A DNA stretch of 64,000 nt, taken from assembly GCA_976226885.1 (NCBI GenBank), contig OZ320319.1:38130001-38194000 (forward strand). The letters are read 5' to 3'. The translations under genes were made by a program, and so were the position numbers. Below, in pieces: positions 37,603-50,445 of the stretch. Below the pieces are notes generated by a model. That model was not told the DNA's origin. It ran no database searches and saw nothing but the letters and a program-made list of their open reading frames with translations. Within the stretch, counting starts at the first letter, position 1, and each line of letters starts with the position of its first letter. Origin of the DNA: Iphione sp. A-MEVVRFRX5 (Eukaryota).

Positions 37603-39348
37603 CTACGGCACGATAACACAAACATGGAGATGATACTGAGATGACAATATCAAGAGAGGCAAAGAATCATAGACGGATATATATACATCTGGGAACAAAG
37701 ACAAAGTAAAAAGAGTATATAGATTACGCTTATCAGACATATATATATACATTTCAGAATAGTATGAATGGCAGAGCTGGAGAGAAGGCAAGAAGAGACA
37801 GGGTCAGTTCAGTATAAGAGTAAGAAAGAACAGGGATAGCGCGAAATGATCTTTTACACAGCCCGGATTCTTTTCTAGGTCCGATATTTTGTACTACAGA
37901 GCTCTTGTTTAGTCTGTTTATTATGTGAGAGCCTTTGAGGTGATATAGTAAGAAGAATTTCCGGACTGTGCAATTTCAGAATGGCGCACAGAGCGGATCA
38001 CGCTGACAAGGTACGTTCATTTATTTTTCCTCCCCACTTGAGGGCAAAACATCTAGTGTAGGTAAGTTTCGTCTCTTAAAATAGAACCTCATTTCCTTGT
38101 CAACGTAGATACACACTCTTGTAGCTTATACCTTTGCTAGTGAGACGCTTTCAAAGCAATTGTAATAATGACATCACGTATGTATCAGCTAGTGTAGAGG
38201 AGGAGCTTAAAAGTGGGCATGTGCGAAGTGAAATAACCTTGAGCTCGTGAAACATATATACATAAACTTGTGCATTGGCGAAATACAACAGAATTGTGCA
38301 AATCAGTAAAGAATGATAAAATGCCATAACTTGCACACTGAACAAAGGTTTGTGAATGCATGTCCACGCTGCGATTTCCCGCAAAAGAATTATAACATAA
38401 TAGAATCATGTTCGATGTGGAATTAGAAATGATTAAAATCTCTTTAAAATGTAAGTTAACCAAAAGTAAACAACCAATTTTCAAATAGGAAATGTTGATG
38501 ATATCAAGGATTTGCTAAAACTGCTATCATGCATTTCTATTTGTCATGCGTTCATAAACCTTTTCTTCTATATTATGGAGATATTTTGGTTGTCCGTGAT
38601 ATAACGCTCCTAAATAAATGCCCATTGCGTATTCACTAAAATTACCTATTGTATTGGTCAATTTCAGTGATCTTTAAATTACAACAGTTACCCTTCTTTA
38701 TTTTACCTGGAAGACTGTTCTCACTTTACATTTGTTTCCAGTAATTCCTAACTTTATTTCAATTTTACAGATGGAGGCGCGTTTAGTTTTAGATTTAAAT
38801 ACCACCGTCTATATCTTATGATCCATAAGTTTGAAACATGCAGTACTTTGATCGACTTTGATCGATAGACGATGTGCAAATATTTCTACTTTTATGTTTG
38901 CCAGACTGCTTGATTTTATGGTTAAGCATTCGAAAATGATAACTCTGTAACTTAAGACCACTGTAACTTAAAGCATTGATGGAAACTTATATGGAAAGCG
39001 CTTGAGTCTATTATGCAAAAAAAACGTAAAAAATGACTTGTTTTCATTACAACACTCCATAGCACATGTAAAATGTGTCTTCATAGCAATTATCTCCACC
39101 GACTAACGGGCAATCCAAGGAAGTTAGGCAAATGACCAGGACAACAAAAATATCACCATCACCAACCTTACCTGACCTACTTCACACTGGCTGCTCGGGT
39201 ATGTAGTTCTTTGCACGAAAATACCGACTTAGAAAGCATAACCTGGATCCTAAATGGTATCGGAGGAAGAACGGTTCTATTAACGTGCTGGGGGTCCTTT
39301 TCCAACGGCAAACATTTTGGGTGAATAGGACATGTCTTCTGTACGTAC

Positions 39349-39462
39349 CTGGTCTCATCGATGTAGACGGTCTCAAGGACAGAGGCGGCATACTCCAGGT
39401 TCTTGACGAGGTCTTCCTTACTAATTTCATCTTTCTGGAGTTTCTTGATAATTAGTCGCAGT
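39349..39462 (-). CDS. PDE1: PDE1 internal exon, 114 nt, (R)LRLIIKKLQKDEISKEDLVKNLEYAASVLETVYIDETR
   Basis: Acceptor cttttcaaactgttgcag|A and donor AG|gtacgt; phase 2-2. Matches PDE1 LRSLVKQLERGEASVVDLKKNLEYAATVLESVYIDETR. Confidence 0.96.
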
Positions 39463-39975
39463 CTGCAACAGTTTGAAAAGGGCGACACGCTGTTAATATT
39501 GATGACATACATATCATTAATTTATTGGTGATATTTGTTTACTTTGTCACTGCAACACTTGCTTTTGCTATTACATGTAAAATAACTCAGAATAAATACA
39601 AATTATTTTCTAGAAAACAAACCTTTAGGCACTCTTAATTCTAAGCTATCCTCCCAACTGAGTTGCCTACAGTCTGAGTTGCTAATGTACATGCAAATCA
39701 TAGACCAAAAGGAGAGGTCACCATTAAGCATGAATTGCTCCGGCCTTGTCAGTCAAAACATTTCAGAGCCATATAGCTCTGATACCGAATAACCAAAGTA
39801 TGAAAGGTATTATTCGTTATATCTATATCAAGGGATGCTGACAGTGAATCTATGTATTATCATAAAATGTCATATTCTAACAGAAAAATACGTAAGCATA
39901 GAAATGGAATGCTCCTGCCAGCGTTCGATCATGTGGGGGTCTTAAGATCGTAGATATCAGCACGTATTTAACAAC

Positions 39976-40079
39976 CTTTCGACCGCGTTCTTGGGGTCTT
40001 TCTCGTCCGTCAATGTTTCCTGCGATAACTTCTCGGCGGGCGTAATCAGAATATTGATTTCCGTTTGCACCATAGTCAT
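39976..40079 (-). CDS. Candidate alternative first exon, MTMVQTEINILITPAEKLSQETLTDEKDPKNAVER|
   Basis: ATG at 40079 and protein-like composition, downstream of a GC-richer UTR-like stretch. Phase-2 donor AG|gttgtt is weak. Confidence 0.3.
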
Positions 40080-42653
40080 CCGTCAAGCTTCGAAACGCCT
40101 CGACGTTTACAGGCGCAGAAAAACCCGTTAGATGTCTGGGCTCAAATGAACTCGTCCAGGGCAATGTCACTAAACTGGTGCCCAGCGCTAGGAGGTAATG
40201 GCCCAGCCGGTGGTGGTCCCGTTCTGCTGTTAGAGATAATTCACCAAGTCCAGGCCTTCAGGATGCACGTGGCAAGTCAGCTGCACAAAGCTCAGGCTCC
40301 AAAGTCTTAGAGATAAAGACGTGAGAAAGGGTGAATTTGAAATGAATAGCCAAACAGATGGTTCCTGTTCTCCTCGCTGAATGGCGTGCCACGTGAATGG
40401 GCTGTCCGTTGTATAAGCCGGTGCCGGAGACGTCGCAGTGGGTGTTGTTTATACCGGCGCCGGTAGCCTGTGAAGACCGAACCGAAACTAAAAACACAAC
40501 TAAAAGAGAGTACTGAACCCTATCATCCCTCTGTTCGATCCAGTTCTAGTGATTTGTTGAGTGAGTTAACTTTCTTCTACTGGTCCATTTTTCAAACAGG
40601 TAGAACGCGCCGACTGGACTCTGTGGTAGACAAACTGTTTGTTTCCAGTAGATGCGAGGATTACTCCAATTGCTTGCGTTGCTTATGAGCTCTGCTCTCT
40701 GCTTCCGTTCCGTTTGAAGTGAGATGTCGTCTGCTCCGCGTTTTTGCCACAATTGGCCCCGCGTCATAGTAAGAGGATCGAAAGTGGAAGGAGGGGGGCT
40801 TGCAGAGAGATGCTGGCAGGGTAGTAGGGGACTTCCTGCCCATTTCGATCGATCGACACCCCTCCTATCTGGTGGTGACATTCAGCTGGTAAATGGTATA
40901 CCTCGGCCTCCTCATCGACCATCACTCTCTCTCTTCCTCATTTCTTTTCCTATCTTTCTTCTTTCTATCTACATAACGTTTATCCGTGCACTTTGTTTTC
41001 TATTTCCAACAGATATGGTAAGATATGGAAGGCCAAAAGGGCTAGGAAGCATTCGCATGTAGTCCATTAACCATGACACTGGCTGTCATTTTCCCCTTAG
41101 TCGTGTGTCAGCATATTCTATCTTTAACTCTTTCAAATACCTCTGTGCCAATAATCAAGGCCATTCAGTTATTCATAGCCAGGTGCTTATAGGACCGACT
41201 TACCCCACCGGCAATAGTGTCGCATTACCCTAAAAACATGAATTTCTGTGTGCAGATGGTTCATAATTCGCTTGTAGAAAATTGCTCCTATCACTAAAGG
41301 CAGCCTTTGACTGGAATGGAATTATCTTTTGACGCCTAATACCTCTTGTTGTGCTCAGTTGCTGTTAGCTCAAGTTTACAGTATAACAGGTTCTAAATGT
41401 GTTGATAGGGCAAAGCTTGTTCAGTATAAAAAGCTTTGGCTTAACCGTGTAAATACGTTTTATGCATTTGTAACATTTTCTCTGTACCTATTAAATGTGA
41501 TTTTTACGAGAGTTAAAAAGTGTCATTACGTGTGTGCTGCTTTATTCATTTTTCACTGCAACTTTTGGACATGTAACAATTTGAATGGCATTTTCAGGAA
41601 AACGTCCCTCATGGCGTCCGAAATCATGAATTCGGTTGTACAAACAACTCAGAGCATATTCGATGATCTAGACATTCAGAATTAAATTTTGTTCGTGTAC
41701 TACCGTCCCGATAAATACTGCCCATGGCGATGTCCCCTAAATGGGTATGTCTTTTTTAGAAGTTGATTTTCACCTGGCAGTGTCCGTTGCAGACAACAAA
41801 GCGTGCTTTATTGCCAATCGTAAAGTGTTATTCGCTAGCGGGCAAGGCCTTGGTTATATGCGATCTGAGCAGTGATCTGCCCGGGGACCCTGAAACTGAG
41901 CCAATTTGCCTTTCATCACTACTCCAACAAAGGGAAGAATATGCTAAGGTCGATGTAGAAGCTACAGTAAGATAATTAGAGAGACCGATTACCATTTAAC
42001 CGACTAGTCCTATTTAACCAACTCATAGTCAAGTTTACCATATATCACGACGCAGTTAACTTATTGAACGTATATCGCAACGGTTGTGATACCCAATTTG
42101 GTTGAACTGTAAAAATGATGGCAAATACAAGTCTTCTTGTGCATGGTTTATTAGGGGATAACGAGATTATACTCAGACTTCAAGATCAATCAGCCACTGA
42201 AACGTTGAACAGTTCCTCTAAGACTAGCTCTAGAAGAAAGAATGAGAATAATGTAAAGTTGAAGAAATGAAGTCGGTGAGTGAAGCAGATGCCTAGCAGA
42301 ACAATGCGGAGGTCAGTTCAACCCTGTCATTATAGGACGGACATATCAAGGACATCCGTCAGAAAAAACACCTAACCTTTTAATTATAAACGATCGTGCT
42401 GTCCATCACCCACGCACGGATTGAAAGCCTAAGGACGGACTAAGATGGGGATCGCGTGGGTGGGTAGAAAGCTTCGGCTGCGGGTGGCGGTATTGTGAGA
42501 TAGTAGGTCGCCTGTGATTGGTGGATTAGGGGAAAGCTAGTGGCTGTGTTGAACCTCCAACAGGGGGGAATAGCTAAGTAGGAGGCAACGAGGACACTGA
42601 GGAGGGGCAGAAAAAGACGGTACAGGGAGACTCAGGTAGACGTTAGCATTTAC

Positions 42654-42781
42654 CTGTGTCTGAGCAAGATACGAATGGAACTCACTTGGCTACCTGACTC
42701 CTGCATGTGGGAGATCAAAGGCGTGGGAAAGCGATGAAATGTTTTACAGTGTTTGGAAGAACGGGAGGGCAATGTTAACAT
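42654..42781 (-). CDS. Candidate alternative first exon, (MLTLPSRSS...)MQESGSQVSSIRILLRHR|
   Basis: In-frame ATGs at 42781 and 42706; donor CAC AG|gtaaat is phase 2 and fits acceptor 39462. Confidence 0.3.
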
Positions 42782-43138
42782 GTATCGTTGAAGAGGTTTA
42801 TAGTATATTGATGTAAGTGCTTCGTTAGTAATGGAGGCTCTGGGTTGAACTTGGCTGCCGTTGTTGGATGGATTCAAAGTTGATTGAAGATAATCATGTG
42901 CTTTATTATCCCTGGTTCCACGAAAAAGGATATTGCTATCCACGAGCCTTTGATAACTAGATCTGAGGCCTAGTACTATTGTGTGTGTCTCTTCTTACCA
43001 AAAGCCATTATAACAAAGGTCCATGATTGATTGGTGGAATGTGCAAAAAATAACTTACGTTGACCTCGTCTACTGACTGGCTGGAAGTTACTTTGAAGAA
43101 TCTCACATTGTTTTTTTCTACAGTACCGTATAATTGCC

Positions 43139-43160
43139 TATATATATATATATATATATA
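43139..43160. repeat. (TA)11 microsatellite
   Basis: Direct read. Confidence 0.95.
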
Positions 43161-43592
43161 TTCATATTTGCGCGTACCGAGCGCAGACTAGTTATTATCG
43201 ATTAACAGCTCGATAACTCACTAAAATTCAAAGTGTTTGTGCCAGGTGGACCCTTACAATTATAAAGCCAGGGTAGATCATTGTCTGCTTGTCTGATATC
43301 TGGTTACTTCTTGACATGTCCGTACTCAGGGTTTCGGTGTAATTTGATTCGCACTGGGATTACATCGATCTTCTATGTACCAAATAAAGCTTACGACGCT
43401 GGGTACTGCCTCTCAGATTTCAACTCAAGGAACGTTTGTCATCAGAACATATGTCGCTGTTCTTTAAAACTTGTTTGTTTTCTAACTTTGTAGTTCGCGT
43501 AGAGAAATTTCAATTTCATCGCCTTACGTCAGAGACTAGTAAAGAAAATACTAAGTGCCTTAGACGAAGGCGTCAACTCTAGTATCATCCGA

Positions 43593-43619
<27 letters not shown>
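43593..43619. repeat. (AT)13 microsatellite
   Basis: Direct read. Confidence 0.95.
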
Positions 43620-43626
<7 letters not shown>

Positions 43627-44490
43627 GCTCTTACATTAAAGTTCTATGCTAACCTACGTGCTACCTGAATGTTGCATGTACCCCGCATCAACTATGATAA
43701 AACAAAATGCAAAATACACTGTGAACTTTCGTTGGATAGTTATGCAAACAATGAAGTTTCCTTTTGTAATCTTAAGAAACATTGGTATTAAGAATGTTGA
43801 TGGAAATGTTTAAGAAATTTGAGGTTTCGTTTTTTTCGTTAAACTGAGTCTCTTTCAAATACGGGCAAAATGTCAAGATTTAATTTTGTCTTTATCCGCT
43901 GAAAGCTAAATGGAAGGCAATCCCAGATTTAGGGGAAAACATTTCTTAATATAGATATTCAAAGAAACCATAATGAAAGGCACTTAATTGAAACTTAAAG
44001 GAAATGTTCTTATCATATTTCCCTGGCACTTCCTGATTATTTCTCCACGGTTCGCTTTACTGTTTTAATTTACGGGTTTTTTTTACTTACTTGGGGGGAA
44101 CTCAGGGTATTCCCAATAACGCTTCACTGAGAATTCAAAGCACCCATAACGCTCAAAGAAAGGGTATATAATGCTTTACCAAGCATGGATTCTTTCATAG
44201 CATAATACCAGTAATAATGGAATAGCGTTTAGCACTCACTTGCTTGGGTATTTAACGATTCACAGTGTATTAAATCCTGATAACGCTTCATCAAAATAGT
44301 TGTCCTCCCTGGTTTACCAGCCTTCTTAACCAGTAGTCAAAGGCCCCATGCCATTTTCCTCAATAAATCAATCCAACTGAGCCAAGACTACATATGATAA
44401 CCATTTATATCACTGTGTTGCTACATTGAGAGGAGAGAAGTCCCTATACTGAGGACATTTTCTGCTCGGACGTGATCGTCTTTTAGTATA

Positions 44491-44668
44491 CAGTGGAACC
44501 TCTCTACTACGGACAGCAAAGGGCCTGACTAAAAAGTGCCCATAAAAAGGGGTGTCCTTTATAGCTGGGGTATTTAAACATGATCATATAGATTTGGTTC
44601 TGTTCCCAGCCTGTACATAATGTGAGGTGTCCTTTATGGAGGGTGTCCTTTGTAGAGGGGTTCTACTG
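44491..44668. mobile_element. pogo/Tigger-like (Tc1-mariner superfamily) MITE, 178 bp
   Basis: 24-bp TIRs match at 20/24 (cagtggaacctctctactacggac vs cagtagaacccctctacaaaggac). TA on both sides (44489-90, 44669-70); no ORF. Confidence 0.85.
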
Positions 44669-44973
44669 TATACATGTGCCGTGTACCATCTAGAAAAGGG
44701 AACATCTTCTAAAGGGGGGCATGTCTATTTGCCACAAAGTCCCCAGTCACGAGGTTCTGCTGCACATACAGTGGAGAACAGTGTAGGAGATCAAGCTTAG
44801 GACTGAGCGATTTTAGTCTCTCCAACAGTTTAGTCACACTAAACAACACCGAATGGAGCGATATAAATGATTTGGCGTAAGAAATTTTAGTCCCTCCCCC
44901 CCAGTTCGGTCTCCCCTTTGATATGACTTTTTATTAGGGCTCTACTGTTTATGATCAAGTGACAAACATTTAC

Positions 44974-45151
44974 CGAAGTGACGAGACGTGCGAAGCCTCG
45001 GGCGTGTCGATGGGCGGTAGTTTCTCCGTGTCGGTTAAGTCGATGGATGTGACGCTCTCTGACTCCAAGCTTGCCTGGCTGGGTGTCCGTGATGTGCTGC
45101 CCGTCCGTCGGGGTGACGAGGTGCGCTTCACCACCGTCAACGACCCCGTGC
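44974..45151 (-). CDS. PDE1: PDE1 exon, 178 nt, (G)TGSLTVVKRTSSPRR...EKLPPIDTPEASHVSSLR
   Basis: Acceptor tgtgtgttcactgcag|G and donor CG|gtaaat; phase 1 to 2, in frame with exon 39462. LPPIDTPEA resembles the LPAVDTP.A motif recalled from invertebrate PDE1. Confidence 0.85.
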
Positions 45152-45422
45152 CTGCAGTGAACACACATCGTGCACGTGTAATAACAATGGAAGCGAGAGG
45201 GAGACAGCTAGAGGTCAGTAATTTGCATTACTTGGTGGATTTCAAGTAAACTGTAGGCTCGTAATGAGAAGCTATATTCAACATGTGGAAAGTTCTTTGT
45301 AAGTACGTTCGTGTTAACGATTTGGAAAACGTTTCAACAGGGTTTAGGAAGTAATGGCGCTTAATACCAGATGTCTAGCAGTAAGATTACAAACAGCTTT
45401 GCTTAGAATAAAGCGTGGAGGA

Positions 45423-45585
45423 GCCACCTGGTGGAAGACGGTGGAAACAAGAAGTACGTATGACAATATATTGCAGTGATGCGCTTAAAGGGGGCGCTGG
45501 AAGCGAGAGCAAACCACTAGGCGCCACCTACCACTGTAAAGAGGAATTGGGTATCCGAACGATAGCCTAAGCGTCACCTAGTGGA
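45423..45585 (-). promoter_or_regulatory. Cluster of CTCF-like motifs
   Basis: Minus strand CCACCAGGTGGC (45434-45423) and TCCACTAGGTGACGC (45585-45571), plus partial AGGGGGCGC and AGGTGGCGC between them. Confidence 0.35.
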
Positions 45586-46836
45586 CAAGAAGCTGATATT
45601 TGGAAAGGTTTTCAAAAATAGATATAAAGACAATGGATCTTAAATGGCCCACTGCATTTTTATTTTATAAAACCGTACACATGTACACTTATTCTCTGTC
45701 CTATCTACCCTCTGTTTTTCTCCCATCTTTATGAATACAAAGTGGGCTATTTTTCTTATTTAAAGGGACGGCCATACCATCTCTGTTATAGTTCCCTTGG
45801 TGACTTCATGTGTGGTCATTTCAATAACAACGACAGGAAGCGGTATTTAAATAAACGTATCCTACTGTAATGAAGCCTTCATATAGTTCTCTGTGTAGAG
45901 ATGCACGACTATATATGGCTTAAACCGAATTGTGCTGGAATAATAGCCCAACCGATAGAAGGTATAGAGGATGCTATCTACAAACAACAATCAACCTGGA
46001 GGATTGGTATATTGACTGTGCCTAATGACGACTCTAAACCGAACTGTGTTCATGTCACGGCAACTTTAATGTATTTCGACAGTAGTTATCAATGTTTCTG
46101 TGATATGCTGGAATTAGTTAAGGTATCTTTCGTCAAGAGTCCCCTGGGAGATGGTAGGGGAGAGTATTCTTCATTGCCTGACAACCCTTTCAGGTATATA
46201 CGTCAATTAGTGGTCAGTCCTGCATATATAGAGAAGAGATTCACTTCCGTTTGACGGTTTCTTCCATCTTGACAACACCAAAACTATTTTGAGATGACCT
46301 CGATGACGTAAATCATTGATAACTTGGAAAAAATAAGCAATTGGCTATTTATTGCACGAATCCCTTCAAAACTATTCTTCTATAATAGAGATACCTTTTT
46401 TGCATTTTACTTTACATCATACATCGAATGAAAAGTGAGATAAATACTTGGCAAGAGATTGGTTTCAAGTTAACCTATCTTTGAATATTACCCCTCTTTA
46501 TTAACTGATAATACTTTAGTGACTTGCTATGTAGTTGCGGTATATGATCATGTTACTCTCCCACAATTATAGAAAACCGTTATGGACTAATGCGCATTTT
46601 CTCAATTTAAACCGTTTAATAAACTTTCTAAACATTACTGGCAAATCAAAATATAGTTGTACATTTCACCCAGTGGCACATCAAAACCATACTGGAAATT
46701 GGAAATACTGGAATTGTAATAGAAGTACTTCTAAACCCTTTTACAAATAAGCCCCGATGTCCATTTAGTTTGAATGGACAGGTTACAGCCAAAGGCATTA
46801 AATTTGGTCTCTGCTTCTCATGTGCATGTTTTATAG

Positions 46837-46920
46837 TGAGCGAGTGAGTGAGTGAGTGAGTAAGTGCATGTGTGTTTGTGTATGGCGAGAGAGAGAGTGA
46901 GAGAGAGAAGGAGAGAAAGT
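46837..46920. repeat. Compound (GAGT)n/(GT)n/(GA)n microsatellite
   Basis: Direct read. Confidence 0.85.
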
Positions 46921-48690
46921 GATTAGTTGTCTCTGCTTTTAGTGAGAAAGCACGTATGACCTTTTCTTATACAGTTTAATTAGAAATGCTCTCTTCTTAT
47001 GTCACGACGCTTTGATACTGAAACTGTAGTCAGGAGAGATGGCTATTTGATATTCTATTCATAAGGTTCAATAAACAATGTGAGGGCAGAAAACTCTTGG
47101 AAACATTTTGTGTGACAAAATTTACGCGATTAAAAAATTAGGCGCAATACTTATCATTACAAACAGTCTTACATATATTTCATTTTTCAGGCATTGTTCC
47201 TTTAGAGGAACTTTCGCCCCTATTTGACTGAGTACAATAGTAATGAATGAAAAATTTACGAAATTATATCTAATAGCGAACACTACTGCTCATTCTCTCA
47301 GGATAGCATGCTGGCACGGGACACATCGAGCATACTCTAAAAATCACTATTTCATTTCTGATTCAGTATAACAGAATTAACGTTTGATGAGCATTCACTA
47401 GACCTATATTACATGTATTCGTGTATGTGTGTAATATATATCGAAGGTACGGAAATGCGTTTAAGTGCAAAAGAAGCAAAATCCTAATTATTGGACAAAT
47501 CATTAAAGCAAGTATTGAATGGTATAGGGCTAGAAGCGATAAAACATACTAAAAATGGCTACTCAAAATCAAAATTAGTCTATGATAGTAAAAAGAGGAA
47601 AATACTGAATGTAAACTGTTCTAATTACGCATATACTTAGTAAGTGCGCATTATTTTAGGTACAGTGTTGGAAATGTATCTAACAGGAAAAAGGCATCGC
47701 GTATAGGGATTAGAAAACCGTGCAAAATTTGCAGACACCTTTAAAACACTCACGTAAATCTTTGTCCTGATCCTCTTGAGTAGCTGAAAGGACCAAGCTC
47801 ACTATTAATATAAGATAATCTATGGCAATGCATGACCTTCTCGCGCAGAAGCACGACATATTTGATCTGAGAGCAAAAGGCTTGCGGTAGTTTCCACTCA
47901 TCGGCGTGCGGAAACCTATTTGTTTTGGAGAAGACAACTTATAGACATAACGGAATATCAAAACGACGATCGGTATAATTAGAAAGACATCACCTGAGGA
48001 GATCAACAACGTTCTGGGAGAAGCCTCTTGTATAACGTACATAGGCAGTATATTTTTGCTAATGTTATACAGTTTCTATTACTCTGATTAAATGTGCCGT
48101 GCCGGACAAAAAACTATACAGACTACCGTTGTGACAGTCTAGCTCTTGACTTTTTGGATCGCTAGCGCCTCTTTGACTATATACCATCGAACCCTATGTA
48201 CATAGCCGGTGCAGCATTCTTCCGCTTTGCTGGTCATTATAGGAAGGGCTCATCATCCTGGCTATCGCCGCGGCACGATTACTCTGCCCTTGGCCGCTGA
48301 AGTTGAGTAGCTTTGTCAGGGAAGGCCCCGGGGAAGGCAGTAACGAACTAATCATGGCTGGGCCAAGAACACCCTCCTCTGTTCCACATCTTGAATGTTT
48401 TAACATGGGATGATTTATGCACATGTATTGGACTAGGAATGTTAGAAAAAATAATATTGATCTAGTCTGCATTCAAAAAACGTATTGCTACCTATGATAT
48501 AAATTTAAAGTAATGCATTTCTTTAAATATCCTCTGATGCTAATTGGTCAAGGTCTCTTACTCTCGGTTTTTGTGGAGGTTTTTGTAGAGGCTCATAGTG
48601 GTCTGTCTTCACCATTTCATGGCATGTATTTATAATGTCCGTTAGTCTCCTGTATGGAAAACTGTTCAGATTATAGCAAGCCTTATCGTA

Positions 48691-49889
48691 GGCAAAAAAA
48701 ACAAAAAAAGGGTGTTTCTTGTTACCTCCTATCTAGGGAAATCCCAATCTACCTAAATTTCATTTACTGTAGAAAGTCCCTAAGGCTGAATTTACTGAAA
48801 CGTGTGTTTTTCACGGCACATGTTTTCATGACCGTGTTTTCTCAGGCAGTGGTGCATGTTTTTATGACTGACGATATCATCTGCACAATACTTTCATGTG
48901 TTTGTTTTTGGTAAATTTGGTAGGAAAACAATCAAATCCATGCAAATTTGGTAAAAAAAATGCAAAACTCTTATAGATTGGATTAAATAAATGCAAGAAT
49001 ATGGTGAATTTCATATAAAATAGGCCAGATAAAAGCAAAATTGATGCAAATGTGGCTCAAAATGGCAAACTCGTTAAATCTTTACTGAAAGACTGTAAAA
49101 TTTATTCAAATTTAACAGCAAAATGACAAAACTGCTGAAAAAATGTAAAGAAAGTGAAGAAATATAAGGAAATATCTTGTTTCTTGCATGAAACATAGGT
49201 TAAAAAGCTATTTCAATCCCATTTTTCCTATACTACTGTGCAAAACATTTATATATGGCCATGAAAAATGGGAGCCTTTCCAAGCCCAAAACACAGCAGC
49301 ATGTACATAAAATTATGCTGCACTGTACACACTACATGGTGCATGCATGTAAGGAAACTCTCCTGGTATGATCCATAGTTCCCAAAAATACATACTGTCA
49401 TGGCCATAAAAGCTAATGTCTAAGGAAATTCACAATTTAGGTATGAGACAGAGTAAGAGGGAAATATTATACAAGGCCAAAACACAATAAAAATTAAATG
49501 TGACAACTAAGTAAAGCATTAAATGTGACAACTTGGTAAAGCATTGTGAATTATTTACATAGAGTGCAAGTGCTGTTTTGCCTATTCTAGAGAGATGGTC
49601 TGTCAGAGCCCCAGGGTTACCCCATGTGATGGCTCTTACATTGGCTGACATGATGTTTATTACTATTGTGCTGGCTCAAATGCAGAAAGGAGCTAATCTC
49701 CTTTGAAAAGTGTTAGTCTGTGTACTGTATGTAGAAGGCATGTAGTGATGAAACCAAACCATGCAAGGCCTTCTTCATTTCGTCTTTATCATTTTTGAAA
49801 ATCAGAGGAAGGAAGCAAAAAAAAATAAGATTCTCCCATTATTACCTATGTTTTGTGCTGGTACCCAGAAACACACCCATTTTTTGGCC
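48691..49889. mobile_element. Non-autonomous DNA transposon, GGC(C)-terminal TIR family (Harbinger-like, inferred), about 1.2 kb
   Basis: Imperfect TIRs ggc-A(n)-gggtgtttcttgttacc and reverse complement ggccaaaaaatgggtgtgtttctgggtacc. Internal segment aaggctgaattt..tgtgttttcac is shared with 60487ff. Confidence 0.7.
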
Positions 49890-50258
49890 TAATATTCTCT
49901 TAAACTGACTAGTATTGTGCCAAGTAAAGTGCATATATGAAGACCTGGAATCACGTTGAAATGTTGCTACTTTCAAGACATAAATATAGTGAGCTGTGTT
50001 CCCTCAATGTGTATGGATGGTGGAATATGCAGTCAGGATTAATCCATGGTGTTCAAACCCTTGGAGATCACAGTCTTCAATCTAAGGATCCACCTGCATT
50101 CGATGCATTTGTATTCTTGTCTGAAATCACTGGTGCTCGGAGTTCAGAAAAATTCTGTAATGGAAATTGATTCTCCATTTCATTTTGCTTGGGCACTCTT
50201 GGGGCAAGAGTTGAAGTCGCAAGCGACTGTCGTGACCTTGATCTCTTTTATATCATTT

Positions 50259-50445
50259 TAGTGTGAACTGAACCATACATCAAGTTTTGGGCTTTTGCGA
50301 ACATTGTTTCCCGCAACCTTAGGATTAGTGAACTTAGGGTTAGTGAACTGAACTGTAATTTAGGATTAGTGAACTGAACCATACTTTAGTCGAGTTTTAT
50401 GTTGGACCAACATATTGTTTCTTGCAAACTTAGAGTTAGTAGGGT
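50259..50445. repeat. Degenerate nested duplication with ttagg(a/g)ttagtgaac subunits
   Basis: ttagtgaac occurs three times and gaactgaaccatac twice, about 105 bp apart. Confidence 0.6.

Noticed and set aside
39349-39462. PDE4 UCR assignment
   Set aside because: NLEYAASVL..VYIDETRRL and VPSEVRDWLA.TFTR are PDE1 signatures, and the exon sizes and phases (114/183/67) fit PDE1 as recalled.
45901-46254. 117-aa plus-strand ATG ORF
   Set aside because: AT-rich, no recognisable motif or splice support, and antisense within an intron; likely chance.
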